Assembly: GCA_002633005.1 (NCBI GenBank)
Contig: NMRA01000052.1
Span: 1,167,235-1,231,234 of the forward strand
Reading direction: 5' to 3'
Source of the DNA: Phoronis australis
Taxonomy: Eukaryota > Animalia > Phoronida
DNA: 64,000 nt
Shown here in pieces: positions 11,812-23,259 of the stretch (positions are counted from its first letter, which is position 1; each line of letters opens with the position of its first letter). The notes beneath the pieces were generated by a model. That model was given only the letters and a program-made list of their open reading frames with translations, had not been told where the DNA came from and did not search any database. A program made the position numbers and the translations under genes.

Positions 11812-14800
11812 GAAATGATGAAATTCATTACGTCACCAGCAGATCAACTGTTTACGAACTTAGGATTGACCTGGAAGACTTCAAAAACACCAAGGTTTTC
11901 GCGCTCTACAGAGAGTTTCGTGTGGCTGGCGAGGACCACAAGTATCGGCTAACTGTTAACGGATATGACGAGATCAGCACCTCAGGTTAGAAGTTATATC
12001 TGCAAAACCTGTTTGATTAAACTTCTTAAGCCTGCCGCAGCTGCGTCATCGCAAAAATCAGTTTTTATTCCTAGTGTTTCTGTGTAATAGTATAATTTGT
12101 ATATGGTTATTCAGTCACGGTGGACATAGCTGCAGGAGAAACAGCTTGAGTCACTGCACAATAAACAAGTATCTAAGCATTTGCTTCTGTTCTATATTGA
12201 AAGACCAGAAAGTGACTTGGTATTCATCTTATCTAGAACTGAAGACGGTATTTTGTTTTCATTGGTAATTCTGTGAATGTGAAAACGTAAATCAGACCCA
12301 TAGGAAGGCAAAAATTTCACGGAGTGGGCCTAGGGCCAGCGCACTGACGGGTAGCTGAGAGCTGACTCAAGTAACTGTAGCTAAGATCTAACAGTGTGAA
12401 AATACGAAATTCGATGAACTAAAGCTCAGCTATGATGCACTTGAGACAGGCAGCTTAACTCGCACCTATCCACCTGCGTTGGCTATTAGGTCAGGATTCG
12501 TTTTTATTATGATACTGCTTCGGGAAAAGTTCGTTTTATTTTTTTCATTCTCTGTAGGAATTTTTTGAAAAGGTGGACTCCCGAAGTATAGTGCCTTTGG
12601 GGCTGTTTCAAAATCCTTGTTGAAACACTGTCGGTAGCCCAATTTCTGGTGGCGGGGGAAAATGATAGAGAGTGTGTCCCAAAATGTACACACTTCAACG
12701 CTTGGAGTTCAAATTCAGTTCCCGTGGATGACTCAGATTCTTCGTGGGTCTACTGCATGGTTACACCTGATTTTTAACGTGAGTGTGTCAGTCATGAGGC
12801 GCTCTGTCCGTGTAGTATGTACGGGAAAGACAAGCCAACGATTCAATTTTGAAGAACAAAATTTCATTGCGCAATACTACTGGAAACTAAGAACATCACG
12901 GAAGTGCAAAGACAACCATTCCAAGTTAACAAGCAATGAGTTTAATTTAATTTATTTAAGGTCTTAAACTTATGTTCGATCAACGGTTTGTGAATTAACT
13001 TATCGATCATAAGTCAATAAACGATTTAGTCCCATTTGAATTGTTAGAACATTCTGCTACACTTTGTAGAGCTGTCCGACATTCATCAGTATCACTGAGA
13101 CTTATTTCAGACAGACAAAAATCGTTCAGTGCACTTTGCTATTTGGGGATCTGGTGATTGATCGAGATTTCCCAAATGTCAGCTTGCAACTAAGTTCAGT
13201 GAAGCATTGCCATTTTTTACAAGATTAGCTTCTAATTGTCAAAAAATCATCTGTCAATCAGTCGAATTTTGCAGACACATAAACGTGTGAATCAGAAGAC
13301 AACAATCCATTCCATGAGTAATGCCTTTACCTTGATTTAATTTCTTAATTCCTCTGTGTTCCCCCGTTTGTGAGTTTAAACGACAAATCTTGTACCTAAT
13401 TCAAAAAGCAACGCATTTATTGTCATTTAAATTGTGATTATGTTTTTGGGAACTGTACGATTTTCATCAATGTGTTTGAGAGATAGTTTAGATAAGCAAA
13501 AAAAACACGCCTAAGTGTACTTTACTCTTTGGAGATCGGATTATAGAGTTTTTCGAACTTCAGACTGACACTAACTTCACTGAAACATCATCAATTCGTA
13601 CAATATTAGCTTTTAATTTATCAAAAATAATCAACCTGTTGATTTTCGTAGATACGTAAACACGTAAATCAGAAACCAACGAATTTGTTTATCAAAACGG
13701 AATACTATAAGAAATTTCCACAGGCGTGCTCGCAGATTTTGACGGGAGACCGGAGGAACATGGCAGATGAGGCATTCGAATTAAGGTTTATTTTTGCTCA
13801 TTTCAGAGGTACCTTCATATATAACGGTAAACTATTAATACTTGAACTCCAAAAAGTTGAAATCTTTGTTTATGATTGCAAGTACTTTGAGTACCCCCGT
13901 TTGACATGTACACGGTCATCACAAATCGTACTCCTGACAGTCTTTTCGACATGTGCACATTCCTTTCAAACAACTCCCAGTAACGATCTTCAAAACACTA
14001 TTCTCTTGATACCATGGTAAAAAGTAACATTATTCCACGGAAATAGCCATTTTGTGTAATTCGCAAACAGTGGTCTTCACGTTGTTCAAAATTCCACCTT
14101 TTCGATGGCGGTCAATCATATTGTATTTTTGAGTATAGAGGGACAAACGTACAATTCCCCCCTACCGCCCCACCGAGAAAGGGTCCCGTCTGAAGGGCTA
14201 AACATCATTAAGCTTGGGAAAATGTGTCAGTTCATTCCATTGTCGTGTGACCCTGCAAGAAGAGACGTTCCTTAATATGAAAGCCCCACGTTTATGTCGG
14301 TTGCCACGGTTTAACCTTGTCGCCTTCAATTTTTTTGGGAGGCACTTGCCCTCCCCCGCCCTCCCGCTTCCTACGGCCTTGTAAACAGTGAGTTTCCGTG
14401 ATTGGTGATTTGTAAAATGGAGTCTTGATCTTAGGATTGTAGCAGCGATCGTAACAAAATGTTTCTTAAGAGATCTGTCGAACGAGAATTCATTTGGTCT
14501 GTTGTTTCGGTTGTGATAACAAATGGAACTGTTTTGAAAGTAATGTGTAAGTTAGTTGTGTAAACACTTGCAATATACTTTCAAGCAGGGTCTTCAAACA
14601 GAGGTATATTTTTAGTAATTTGCGTATTGGATTTGTGAGGCCAAAGTAGTGGGAGTTGGTGATTATTCTTGATGCTCGCAGTATGATCAAAATATCAATG
14701 GAAAAATTACCTATATACCCATGTATTGGTCGATGCACCCATGGATACAAAATAATTCGATTTCAAACAAAAATAATTTAATTGTTCGCACATTGACGCA

Positions 14801-15380
14801 TGCTGCCCAGCTTTAATATATGCAGACACGACGGCCATTCCATATTCGTTTGCTAGACTTAAATGTGGTGATTCTTTATTATCGATTCGAAGTACTTTTC
14901 AATAAAACAGTTAATATTCAGTTGAAAACACGTGAACATTTCTCTTTTTGTAACAACTGTCAAGCTTCTAGCAAATGCTACGTTAAACTTTTGGTCTTTA
15001 ATTTACTAAAAGTATTTTAAATATTGGAGTTTAATTCCAGCTATTGCCGCAACTCCACCTACAGGCGGCGTAAATACGATCACATGCTTTTATATTCTAT
15101 TGTACTTCTAGGAGATTCCTTCAAATTTCATAACGGGAGATACTTTTCAACAAAGGACGTGGATAACGACCATCAGCCAGTAAATTGTGGTCTGAGGTTT
15201 AAAGGCGGATGGTGGTACGGTTATCCTTGTCATAAAGTCAACTTGAATGGTTTGTACTTGTCAGGAAAAAACAACAAAATGGGAGTAGGTGTGGTTTGGG
15301 ATCAGTTTAGAGGTCTGTACTACTCCTTGCGTAAAACAGAGATGAAAGTTCGACCACTTGGCTTCAACAGTAAAAAATAA
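11812..15380 (+). CDS. Fibrinogen C-terminal domain protein (FReD; ficolin/tachylectin-like), copy A, 3' exons only
   Basis: Exon 11812-11985 encodes GNDEIHYVTSRSTVYELRIDLEDF...YRLTVNGY. Exon 15112-15380 encodes GDSFKFHNGRYFSTKDVDND...CGLRFKGGWWYGYPCHKVNLNG...SLRKTEMKVRP then stop. Both are open with intact splice sites. Exons 1-3 are not visible (deleted, or hidden in the gap at 9769). Confidence 0.8.
12333..12485. mobile_element. PIF/Harbinger-like MITE, paralogue of 43964-44161
   Basis: Degenerate inverted ends GGGCCAGCGCA ... CTGCGTTGGCT, lying in the same FReD intron as the copy-B element. Confidence 0.5.
13120..13680. repeat. Degenerate repeat of about 380-bp period (about 1.5 units); also at 37080-37435 and 44730-45275
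   Basis: GTGCACTTTGCTATTTGGGGATCTG (about 13129) recurs as GTGTACTTTACTCTTTGGAGATCGG (about 13515). GTGAGTTTAAACGACAAATCTTGTACC is shared with about 37135 and about 44980. Confidence 0.7.
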
Positions 15381-17377
15381 TTCAGTGCTACTGTAACAGA
15401 AGAGACGATTTTGAGGATTGTATGAGGCTAGAAATTTGAAATGAGATTTCAAATTATAATGGGACTGAGATTTTCAAGGTTTTAAGCAGGGCCATGCGAA
15501 ATGCGTTTGGCGATCTTTTGTTTTGGGTGTGTATTCTTACGCACTTACCAATACATTGAGATGTTTTTCCCCGGAGTACATGTATTACTCAGAATTCTGC
15601 ACGGTAACTGGAAGCCCTGTGCCTAGTACTTCTACTACCAACATACTCAGTTCAGAACTTCATTATGTATTCAGTATGTATAAAGACACAATTAAATCGA
15701 ATTCTGTAACATAGGGTTTCTCAAACTTTCTTGCCTATAATGTGAATGTATGTTGTACGTACAGTAGGTTAAATATTTTTCATGTCAGTGTACTTTGTTT
15801 TAACATATTCGGAAATTTATCTCGTATTTAAATTAAAAAAATTAATTATTCAAATTACTACTTGAAATATTAATTTTTGATATATTATTATATTTAACAC
15901 GGTCTATTTGAATAATCTTGCATGTGTGATCGTACTTACTTTCCAATTCTTATTTGATATTCCTGGTCTTGTTTTTAAAGTCCTGCTCTCAAACTGCCCA
16001 TGTGGTTCCAGTATCCGAAAATACTTACCACATAAAATCTTATTTTCGACACCCTTTCTTTATATTCTTTTCGCTTTTCTTACCAAAAGCGATTTTTAAC
16101 AGTATTTGTCCCTTCTCAGTGAGCGTATAATTACCGGCTGTCATCGGTTATTTCCGTACTCACATTTCCGGCTCATCAGTTCAGGAACTTGTCCTGAACG
16201 CCGCCATTTTTTCCTTGTAACTGAATGTGCTATGGCTTGCTCGAAGTCTTCAGTATTTTGTTTTATTAGTGATATCTCGTGATTCGTTTGTGTGTTTATA
16301 GTTTGTAGTTAGTGGTCGTTGAATTTTTTGGAATGTTACGTTTACTTATGGTAAAATAGTATTGGTGTTTAGTTCCTTACGTAGGCCGGTCGAACCTAGG
16401 AACCAATATGGGTCGAAGACAATTTTTTCGTTTTTTATTTTTTCTCGTTTTGAAAAAGTACTTTGCTATCATCGGAAAGTTAGTGCATTCTACTCAGAAA
16501 AATATCGAAAAAGTATCAAAATCGGGGCAAGCAGTGTAAAGATATTGCAATTTTTGTGGCGAAATTTGGGTCACTTTGTTTGGATCGCGTCGGCCATATT
16601 GGAGGACAGCGGAATAAGTTACGAGTTTAAAACTTTGTGTAAATTATTTTCGACAACAAATTACGGTGAAATTTAGTTAGACATATCTTTACTTACTATT
16701 TTTCACGATTCAACAGTGTTCACCAAATTTCAGGCTCGCAGTTGTTACTCAATAAGTGATAAATGTGATCACAATTCCCGTTGGACTTCGTCTCATTTCT
16801 GGCGGCACCGACAACAATGCGAATTTTGCTGAACTAAAAGGCATGTTTAATCGGCTACTTTGTAATTTGTGAAGATTTAACGTTGATACATTTTGACAAG
16901 CGTTGCTACAAAAAAGGAACTTTGTTCAATTTTCGTGTTTTTTGTGCAAAAATATAAGATATATTCGAATTATTTTACTGTGAATTTCCCATTCAGGTGA
17001 TCTTACACAAAGCTAAAAAATAGTTGAAATAATTTTGAAATGGTTTTTTGTTAGACTGTCAACTGCTGTTCAAGACTTGATTGGGTGTCACAAAATGATT
17101 CACATTTTTCTCAATTTTAAGTCTCAATTGCTTTCAATTCATATTTTGTAACTTATTGCTTCTTAATTCAGGTTATCAAGTCAACAATATGAATAATCTT
17201 AATTTTAGAAATAAGCTATGTTGGATTGTGAAGCTTCAAGCCTCCAATTCTTGTTCCTTGCAACTTCATATTTTTTAATCATGCTTGTCAAATTCTGGTG
17301 TAAGGAAACACTATTCAGTCACCATGGTAATAATTACATGTAAGTCCACTTTCATAACATGGAAAATTTTGCTGTTG

Positions 17378-17623
17378 CATGCGCGCACCCAGAATGGGGG
17401 GGCTCGGAGGGCTCGAACGAGCCCCCCATTTGGCGAAGTGGGCCAAAAGGTCCGCCCCCGAGAGACAAAAAGCTGGAGAAAATGGGACAAAAGTCCACTA
17501 AAGAAGCAAAAACGCGCAATTCACGTGCTCCCGTTTTTTCTGTCCCCCGACACTATTTTATAGCAAAAGCCTCACATCGCCGGGAATTTGAGCCTCCCAT
17601 ATTGAAGGCTGGGTGCGTGCATG
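17378..17623. mobile_element. hAT-like MITE with 5-bp TSD (hAT5-like)
   Basis: TGTTG|CATGCGCGCACCCAG ... CTGGGTGCGTGCATG|TGTTG. Confidence 0.75.
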
Positions 17624-19657
17624 TGTTGAATAGTGTTTGTAATGCTAAATGTTGTCAAGTATTGTATATTTTAAGTTACTTATTATGTTAAAAGTTTGAA
17701 TCATTTCGGGTTAATGAATAAAAATTATAACATTTTGTATTGGACTTGTCATACTTATGTGCTCGAACGAGCCCCCTATTTGGAGAAATGGAAAAAGGTC
17801 TGCCTCAGTAAGAGAAGCACGAATTCCGAAAAAAGTAGAAAATAAGACCATATTCCACTAGAAGACAGGAAGTACCAAAATTTAGCGTCTGCAATTCATA
17901 GCTCTGAACATACCCAGTGAATCTTATAGTAAAAGATAGACATTCCCAAAAATTCCAGCCCCCCATTCTTTTAGGCTTGGTGCGCTCATACAAAGTCTGG
18001 GCAAATCTCTATTGAAAGCCAACAACTTTGCACAGTTCGCGAGAAGTACCCAAGTTCTAAATAAACCTCGTTTGAGCGAGCGTTGTGGCCAGCGACCAGT
18101 TGGTCCTAACGGTAGCCTTGGCGCAAAGCTGTATAGGCCTATATGTACTAACAAGCTGTATTTTGACGATAGTCTTCACTGGTAGCTGGCACTGAGGCTA
18201 GCTAAGGTCTGCCGCGGCAGTGTGACACGGGACTAACCAGCCCGTAATTTCATGCAATTGTCTGAAACTATCTTTGAATATATGCGGCATTTATGATTTG
18301 AGCATTTTACTTTGACAAAACAGCTCGCAACCGCATGCATTTACCGTTCGCCAGTGTCTGGTCTCGATCGGCACCGGGTCCGATACGCTGCGTTCCCGAG
18401 TCTAGCAAAATAATTTCTGTCAAAACTTATTCGCCACATTTCTTCAGCAAACTCGATAAAATTGTCCGTATTTTGATTTTATTAAAATTAAGACGCGCTG
18501 TCGATTATTTTATCCCCGTTTGCAAGCTGGTAACTGGCACTCGCCCATCCACACTGACGGCGCGTTTTCTTAGTGGCTAGCCTGGGTTCCTGAATGAATT
18601 GTACTGCCGGGTTCGCGGCAAGTTCAAAATAGCGGTGATTCTTCGGGTGCGAATCGTGAGTGGCGCGTTCATTTAAACTTTTTTCGAGTACAGATCTTGT
18701 ATTAGTTATGGGGTAAGTACTTCTTGGATCCTTATAACATCCTCTAACCATGTAATAAGGGTTAACAAAGCGTGCGACCAGGTCTTTAATTTTCTTATGC
18801 GTTCTCTAGATGACCTTTGCTTTCACAGAAAAAAAATTAAATCAATTGCTGGAACTATACTTGTGTTGTTACAAGTCAACTGTTTACTCACTGTTAGCGA
18901 CAATGCGCCCGCATCCCAGAGGGTTCAGCTTAGCTATTGATGTAGTGATGGACCTGACCAAAAGGTAGCGTCTTGCAGGCGTAACAGCACTAAAAGTGAC
19001 TTAACAGCTCCAGTATTGATATTGATTTCTTTTGTACCATCTCAACTTGGATGCTCAAAATCTCCATGCTTTGGTATTATCCGTTCTGCTTCTTTAGGAA
19101 ATCTAGAATCATTCCCTACATCATGGTCGTCGGAGCACTGAAAAAAGAGGGGCTATAGCCACCCCAGTTCCCTATGGTGTGCCGCCCACTTATTGTACAG
19201 TGTATGTTATGACAATACGGAACAAACACATTTATCTCATTATGCCTCCTTCTCCCTTCTGTGATCTTCACAGGTAATTTACCTGACAGTGGCGACATGT
19301 GCGTGTCCCAGCTGAACTGTATCTAAAATTGGAAAAATATCCTAAACACCGACACATTTTGGCTTCACCTATTTGCTAAAATGTTAGTAGTAGATTTCGC
19401 ATCCAACCACAAAGTAAACGTTTTCCTACAAAAACTTGAATTTCAACTGACAGTATATACGTAAGTTTAAATTTATCCGATCATTTACAACATCTGGACA
19501 TTTCAAGTTTTTGGAACCAGAAAGATGTTTTGTGCAATGTAATTCTCGAAAAAACAATGAGCGGTCAATAAGTGAAGATGACATAATTCTATCACATTTG
19601 TGGGACCACGCCTTGAAGTGTCTCTCGAGCCGGTTATCATGTGATCCCGCAAAAGAT

Positions 19658-20159
19658 CTACGAGGGGCCGTTGGGGCGGGGAAAATGTCGCCGGAAAAAT
19701 ACGAGCGTAATCATGTACATTACGCTGTTATTTACGGCGTAAAATTACGCTCGATTAAACTTAGTTAAATTTCCAGCAGCTGAAAGTAACTTATCTTCGT
19801 GTCTCAGAAAGGAGGACACCTGTTTCCACGGGAAGCGTAGAAATTCGTCGATAGCACATTCAACAGAAAGCCATCTGCATCTCCATTCGTAGCCATATTG
19901 GTTTTTCGTGTATGTTAGGTTAACACGCATTGGTTTAAATTTGGAATGTTCTTAAGGTATTTCACGAGCGTACTGTACATGTAATTTACGGCAACATTTC
20001 CCCCATTTAATTTACGAGCGTAATTTTATTGCAACACTATTGCAATTTAATTTACACTCGTAATTACGGCGACACTTTTCCCCATTTACGAGCGTTATTG
20101 TAAAGCGACACTTCAGCAATTTAAATTACGGCGACACTTTCCGCAACGGCCCACCATAG
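19658..20159. mobile_element. MITE with about 30-bp TIRs, subterminal TTACGAGCG/TTACGGCGAC repeats and 4-bp TSD (AGAT)
   Basis: AGAT|CTACGAGGGGCCGTTG...AAATGTCGCCG ... CGGCGACACTTTCCGCAACGGCCCACCATAG|AGAT. The paralogous empty site CACAGG-AGAT-CAACCC is at 48862-48865. Confidence 0.8.
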
Positions 20160-20506
20160 AGATCAACCCAATCACTGAGTCAGCCAGCCGACGGCCCCAT
20201 AGGGCAGCAACCTTGGGTTATTTTAACATAAGTTCCAGTAAACAATAAAAGAATTATTTCATCTTCACTTATTGAACTACTGGATGACTCAAAACATTTA
20301 GGGGTACCATAGAATCATAAGCAAGAGCATCGCATGTTACGCACGAACCATCTACCGGCGAACCTATGAATCATACTTTCGAATCCTAAACAGAGACCGT
20401 AGAGAGGGAGACAAATTTCTTTGGACGGCCAGTGGCTGCCATTGTTGTTTCATGGACCGTAGAGAAGTCGGGCGGGCGTGTGTGCACTAAACAAATGTGG
20501 CAAGAT

Positions 20507-20620
20507 ATGACGACTCCAGTCGGTAGAAAAGCAACGGTGTTTTTTGCACTGCTTACGGCTGCAGCAACAGTTAATTGAAAATTCATGACATGCCTTTTTC
20601 GCTTCCCCTCTTATTCAAAT
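20507..20620 (+). pseudogene. THAP zinc-finger N-terminus remnant (transposase 5' end)
   Basis: MTTPVGRKATVF / CTAYGCSNS*LKIHDMPF / FRFP, with one stop and two frameshifts. It matches the THAP CxxxGCxN...FxFP signature. Confidence 0.7.
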
Positions 20621-21659
20621 AAATGATGTTCACGATTGAAACAAAAGATGTTTTTGTGTGAAACTGTTGCCAGTCAACCAGTGAAAGATGGGTGATTTGA
20701 ACTTAATGTCTTTACTGTTCCCTGCATTGGATCGGTTGTATGGAAAATTATCGTGAATGGTTTGCATTATTTTGGGAGCCACTGATTAGTTTATTCTATG
20801 CCCATTGATGCTATTTTAGTCTGTTGACGGTTATAACGCAGTTGAAACTCAGTGCGCGCTTGTCTATAATCATGGGACCATCAAATTGGAGAAGTAATTT
20901 TTTGCTTTGAACATGGTCGAATGTAAAATGCAGTTGACTTCGAATTATTTGTATCTACTGTCATTACACAGGGGACCCTGTCTCAAGATTTTTTGCTTTC
21001 AGTATAACAACAGAGATAGCAGACACCAAAGTATCGTTGAAAATCATCACCAGTTTCTATTTTGGGTGGTCGATACCTCCGGTGTTCAAAGCAAAAAAAG
21101 ATATGAGACACCATACTATTTTACCAATGGGACAATCATAACATAAAAGCAAACTTAATTTTCAGGCTACTTAACACACCTCTATTACAGGTACTTATAA
21201 ATATATGTTCAAAACTGTTAAAAGCGTCAAAAATCAAAAAGCCTGAAAATGGCTGATAGACTTCTCTAACTTGCACTTAAAATCCATTCAAACTGAAGAC
21301 TTCCCATGCACCTTGCACATTTGATGCCGAAATAATGCATCTATGAAATGTTGAGTAGCAATGGAAAATGTAGACAACACCGTAATGAATTTTTGGCAGA
21401 AACTGTTAACAGGTGTTGACAGTTACTATTATAGCCACTAGATCAGTGCTGAAACGTTTGAAACAGGTTATCTGACACTCATATTTTTCGTGAGTCATTA
21501 GGAAGTTGTGCCAAAGACCCCCCACTTTGAATCACAGAATTACTCTAGTGACAATGAGATTTAAGTAATAACAGTGAAATGCTTTCATCTCACACAAGAT
21601 GTAACTGTTGTACACAAGCAGGTTACACCAAACTACCGACAGTCGAATGCTCAGCTTCA

Positions 21660-23175
21660 CCTGTGTAGCCTGTATGTCCCAAAGGGTCGGTAAATGTTTT
21701 TAAATTGTCCAATCACAACAGGCCAGCATGTCTCCCAAGATGTCCATGTTGCCACAAGATAAAATTTCTTCTGTATGCCTGATGCCGATTAGACGCATTC
21801 TGATCGGTCTCTGGCCTCGTGCCATCACATCATTTCGTTGCAGTTTGTCGAAGGCAAGTACACCTTCATCCAGACAAAACACTCGGAAATCCTGAAACCA
21901 TTGGTAAAATATATGTTCATGTTGTTTCAACACTGCTGCAGATTTGATAGAGAATTGAGTAGTAACTCTTGTCTCTTGTAAAAGAATTACAAGCAACAAC
22001 TGGTTGATGAGGGTTGACATCCTCTGCTGGACAATCAAAATGTATAGAATTATTGCAGACTATGAACTCACCAATACTTTTGTAAATTGACATTTGGTTG
22101 GTTTTGGATGGGATTTACAACACAGATTTGATTTGAGTTACTTACCAAAATATGTTTTTATAATGAACGTAATAACAATAATAAACTTTACTCATAGAGG
22201 ATAAAATACAATAGATATAAAACATGCTTTAGTCAAAGGCTAATATACAGCATGGTCATCTGTAGCAAAAATTAAATTAAATAAATTAAGATATATGAAT
22301 AGATAAATGAAATAAATTAAGTTACATTAAATTAAACAGTATTTACAAATTGGATTTACAGATTGAATTGAAAATAAATAAATAAATAAAAACTTTTATG
22401 TGGTATATACACTGGAGTGACAAAAAAGAGGGACAGCTATGACGACCACAGGTAACTAATGAGTTGTTGTCTGAAATTATCATAACGATCAGCCTCCTTT
22501 AGACTATTTGGCAAATTGTTCCACTGTTGATTAGCCTGAATAAAGAAGGACTTAGAATAAAACGAAGTTCTATGTTTAGGCAAAACCAAATTGTTTGAGG
22601 TACAAAATCTTGTCCTGATTTGGTGGCTATTTTGAACAAGTACGAGGTTACGAGATAAATAAGTAGGTACATTACCGTGAAAGCACCTATGCATCATACA
22701 CAAACGCCTATGTACATAATATTTGTCAATAGGGAGCCACCCCAGTCTGTTAAACATATGAGTTGACGGAGTGTCAAAAGGTACACCTAGTGAGTTGAAT
22801 TTGATGGCTGTACATCTGTTTAAATCAATTGGAGACTCCAGTTTAGAGTAGCTACAATTAGGAGTCTTTGAGCTCCTGGAAATATGAATATGACCCACCA
22901 TGAAAATGGAAAATAGAACAGGCTTTCAAAAACTTCTAGACAATTTTGTAAAATGTCCCCCACTAATATGTGTTGTCAATTCTAAAAATTTTGTAGTGAG
23001 TGAATTTTTAGACAAGATCAGTGAATACTTACAGGTAATAATGAGACGCAGTTAGCAGCTTGCTGCCCACAGTATAGTTTCCTTTTCAGTTGGAATTTCT
23101 TGACACCTGTGACAAGTGCACCATGACGGAACTTCTGATGGTGCTGGGTAATGATCCAATGAAGTGAGCTCTGGT
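21660..23175 (-). pseudogene. P2X7 intracellular ballast-like / Kolobok KolX-like domain, 2 exons, frameshifted
   Basis: Exon about 23175-23033: PSEVPSWCTCHRCQEIPTE/RKLYCGQQAANCVSLLP|gtaagt. Exon 21891 to about 21660 (tttcag|): DFRVFCLDEGVL.../NASNRHQAYRRNFILWQHGHLGR/LACCDWTI*KHLP/DPLGHTGY. These match the family motifs WCxCxxC..PT..E..CC, FxxxCLxxxVL, RHxAYRxFxxWxxGxLG, PSCxVxxIR and YTGF. Confidence 0.8.
22170..22790 (-). mobile_element. CR1/L2-group LINE 3' fragment inserted in the KolX-like intron
   Basis: ORF2 C-terminus MFNRLGWLPI...NVPTYLS...SHQIRTR...YSKSFFIQANQQWNNLPNSLK...FRQQL (stop at 22437), followed by an AT-rich 3' UTR ending in a (TAT)n-like tail. Confidence 0.8.
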
Positions 23176-23181
23176 AGCCTA

Positions 23182-23259
23182 AACACAAAGACTATTAGTC
23201 TTTGTGTTGTATGTCGCCATGCGAGAACTTAGTAAGTTCTCGCATGGCGACATACAACA
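23182..23259. repeat. Two overlapping perfect palindromes (13-bp and 27-bp arms, 1-nt spacers)
   Basis: AACACAAAGACTA-t-TAGTCTTTGTGTT (23182-23208) and TGTTGTATGTCGCCATGCGAGAACTTA-g-TAAGTTCTCGCATGGCGACATACAACA (23205-23259). Confidence 0.95.

Noticed and set aside
18850-19650. Duplicated block (also 48110-48870) as a conserved gene or ESF1 exon
   Set aside because: Both copies have multiple stops and indels in all frames and no recognisable domain. It is explained as part of the segmental duplication.
19960-20150. Repeated TTACGAGCG/TTACGGCGAC motifs as a CRISPR-like array
   Set aside because: The spacing is irregular, there are no unique spacers, and the motifs are subterminal repeats of the 19658-20159 MITE.
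20297-20320. TTAGGGGTACCATAG as the left TIR of the Kolobok-like relic
   Set aside because: No matching inverted copy or TTAA-flanked right end was found.
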